Assembly: GCA_036149055.1 (NCBI GenBank)
Contig: JAYZQJ010000055.1
Location: 1-55,839 of the forward strand
Direction: 5' to 3'
Length of the DNA: 55,839 nucleotides
Origin: Myxococcota bacterium
GTDB taxonomy: Bacteria > Myxococcota_A > Polyangia > Polyangiales > Sandaracinaceae
Positions 55,261-55,839 of the stretch are shown here, piece by piece. The notes beneath the pieces are model-generated. The model made no database searches and had not been told where the DNA came from. It worked only from the letters and a program-made list of their open reading frames with translations. Position 1 is the stretch's first letter; the number at the start of each line of letters is the position of its first letter. The position numbers and the translations under genes are program-made.

Positions 55261-55555
55261 CAGCGCGCAGCCGCGGAGGACGGGCGCGCAGCCGCGGAGG
55301 GCGGGGACGATCCTATTCGTTTCATCGATCTCCCCCGAGCTCGGGGCGAGCAGGAGTTTGCCCCCCGGGCCCACTGCCGAGACTCCGATTCCGCTGTCTC
55401 CGCCGTCCTCCGGGGGGAGGCGAGGAGGATTCCAGGGATCGTGGTTTCGCTAGCGGCCTCTGCGACGCGCTCGCTGCGGAGGCTGGGCCGCCGCAGCCGC
55501 TGGCGGCCCGGGCTGACCAGGGTTGGCAGCTGAGCTCTCGAGAGGAGCGATCCGC

Positions 55556-55754
55556 TCGAGAGGTGGCACGCAATGGCGCCGGGGCAGACCACGTCCGCTT
55601 CCACGACGACTGACCCGAGGCGACGCAGGCGACGAGCGAAGCGAGGTCGCCGCATGAACCATCCCCCAGGTTCGATCCCGCGGCAGCGGGCGGCCAGCTC
55701 GCGCGCAGCGCGAGCGCGAGCCGCAGGGCCCCCAGCGCCCCGACGCTGGGGTCG
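55556..55754 (-). repeat. Non-coding dispersed repeat element, right copy (single unit, inverted)
   Basis: Reverse complement reads CGACCCCAGCGTCGGGGCGCTGGGGGCCCTGCGGCTCGCGCTCGCGCTGCGC...GGGATCGAAC...TGCGGCGACCTCGCTTCGCTCGTCGCCTG...CTCGGGTCAGT...GTGGAAGCGG...CGGCGCCATTG..TGCCACCTCTCGA, matching 43-439. Confidence 0.85.
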
Positions 55755-55839
55755 GGGCCGAGCGGAGCGAGGTCCCGGAGTGGGTAGGGGGGGCCCCGCG
55801 GAGCCGGTGCAGCGGTCACCGCGTAGGCTGCGAAGCAGC

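Noticed and set aside
53316..55655. Long minus-strand ORFs (53316-54482, 53758-55374, 54594-55655) and plus-strand Pro/Arg-repeat ORFs
   Set aside because: They are stop-free readings of hexamer arrays, overlap a credible + strand gene and lack globular domains. Translation of short parts cannot be fully excluded.

Overview
A very GC-rich bacterial chromosomal segment with about 50 genes. It looks myxobacterial (Polyangiales/Sandaracinaceae-like, by inference from MYXO-CTERM-type C-termini, Cys-rich lipoproteins and many Ser/Thr kinase, FHA and PP2C genes). Recognisable genes are bioB, priA, ohr/ohrR and an MlaE-family permease. Other content: an ECF sigma factor coupled to a 1455-aa FecR-VIT-VWA-TPR protein; a lipid cluster (FAAL, two ACPs, hot-dog thioesterase, KS plus catalytically dead CLF-like KS, and an SPT/BioF-type alpha-oxoamine synthase); a NosL-family/Cys-rich membrane protein/ABC module with no nosZ in the window; a stand-alone GyrB N-terminal fragment; an orphan FlhB/EscU homologue lacking NPTH; tandem trypsin-like proteases; and several lectin-like proteins. 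The most unusual structure is at 53.5-55.3 kb: a four-helix-bundle (IVP/Avd-like) gene embedded in direct and inverted CCGNNN hexamer arrays, with the same bipartite array recurring inside a gene at 10.8-11.35 kb. A non-coding repeat occurs in inverted orientation at both window ends. No rRNA, tRNA, CRISPR-cas, transposase or reverse transcriptase was recognised. All calls come from motif reading by eye, and some start codons were moved relative to the ORF track.
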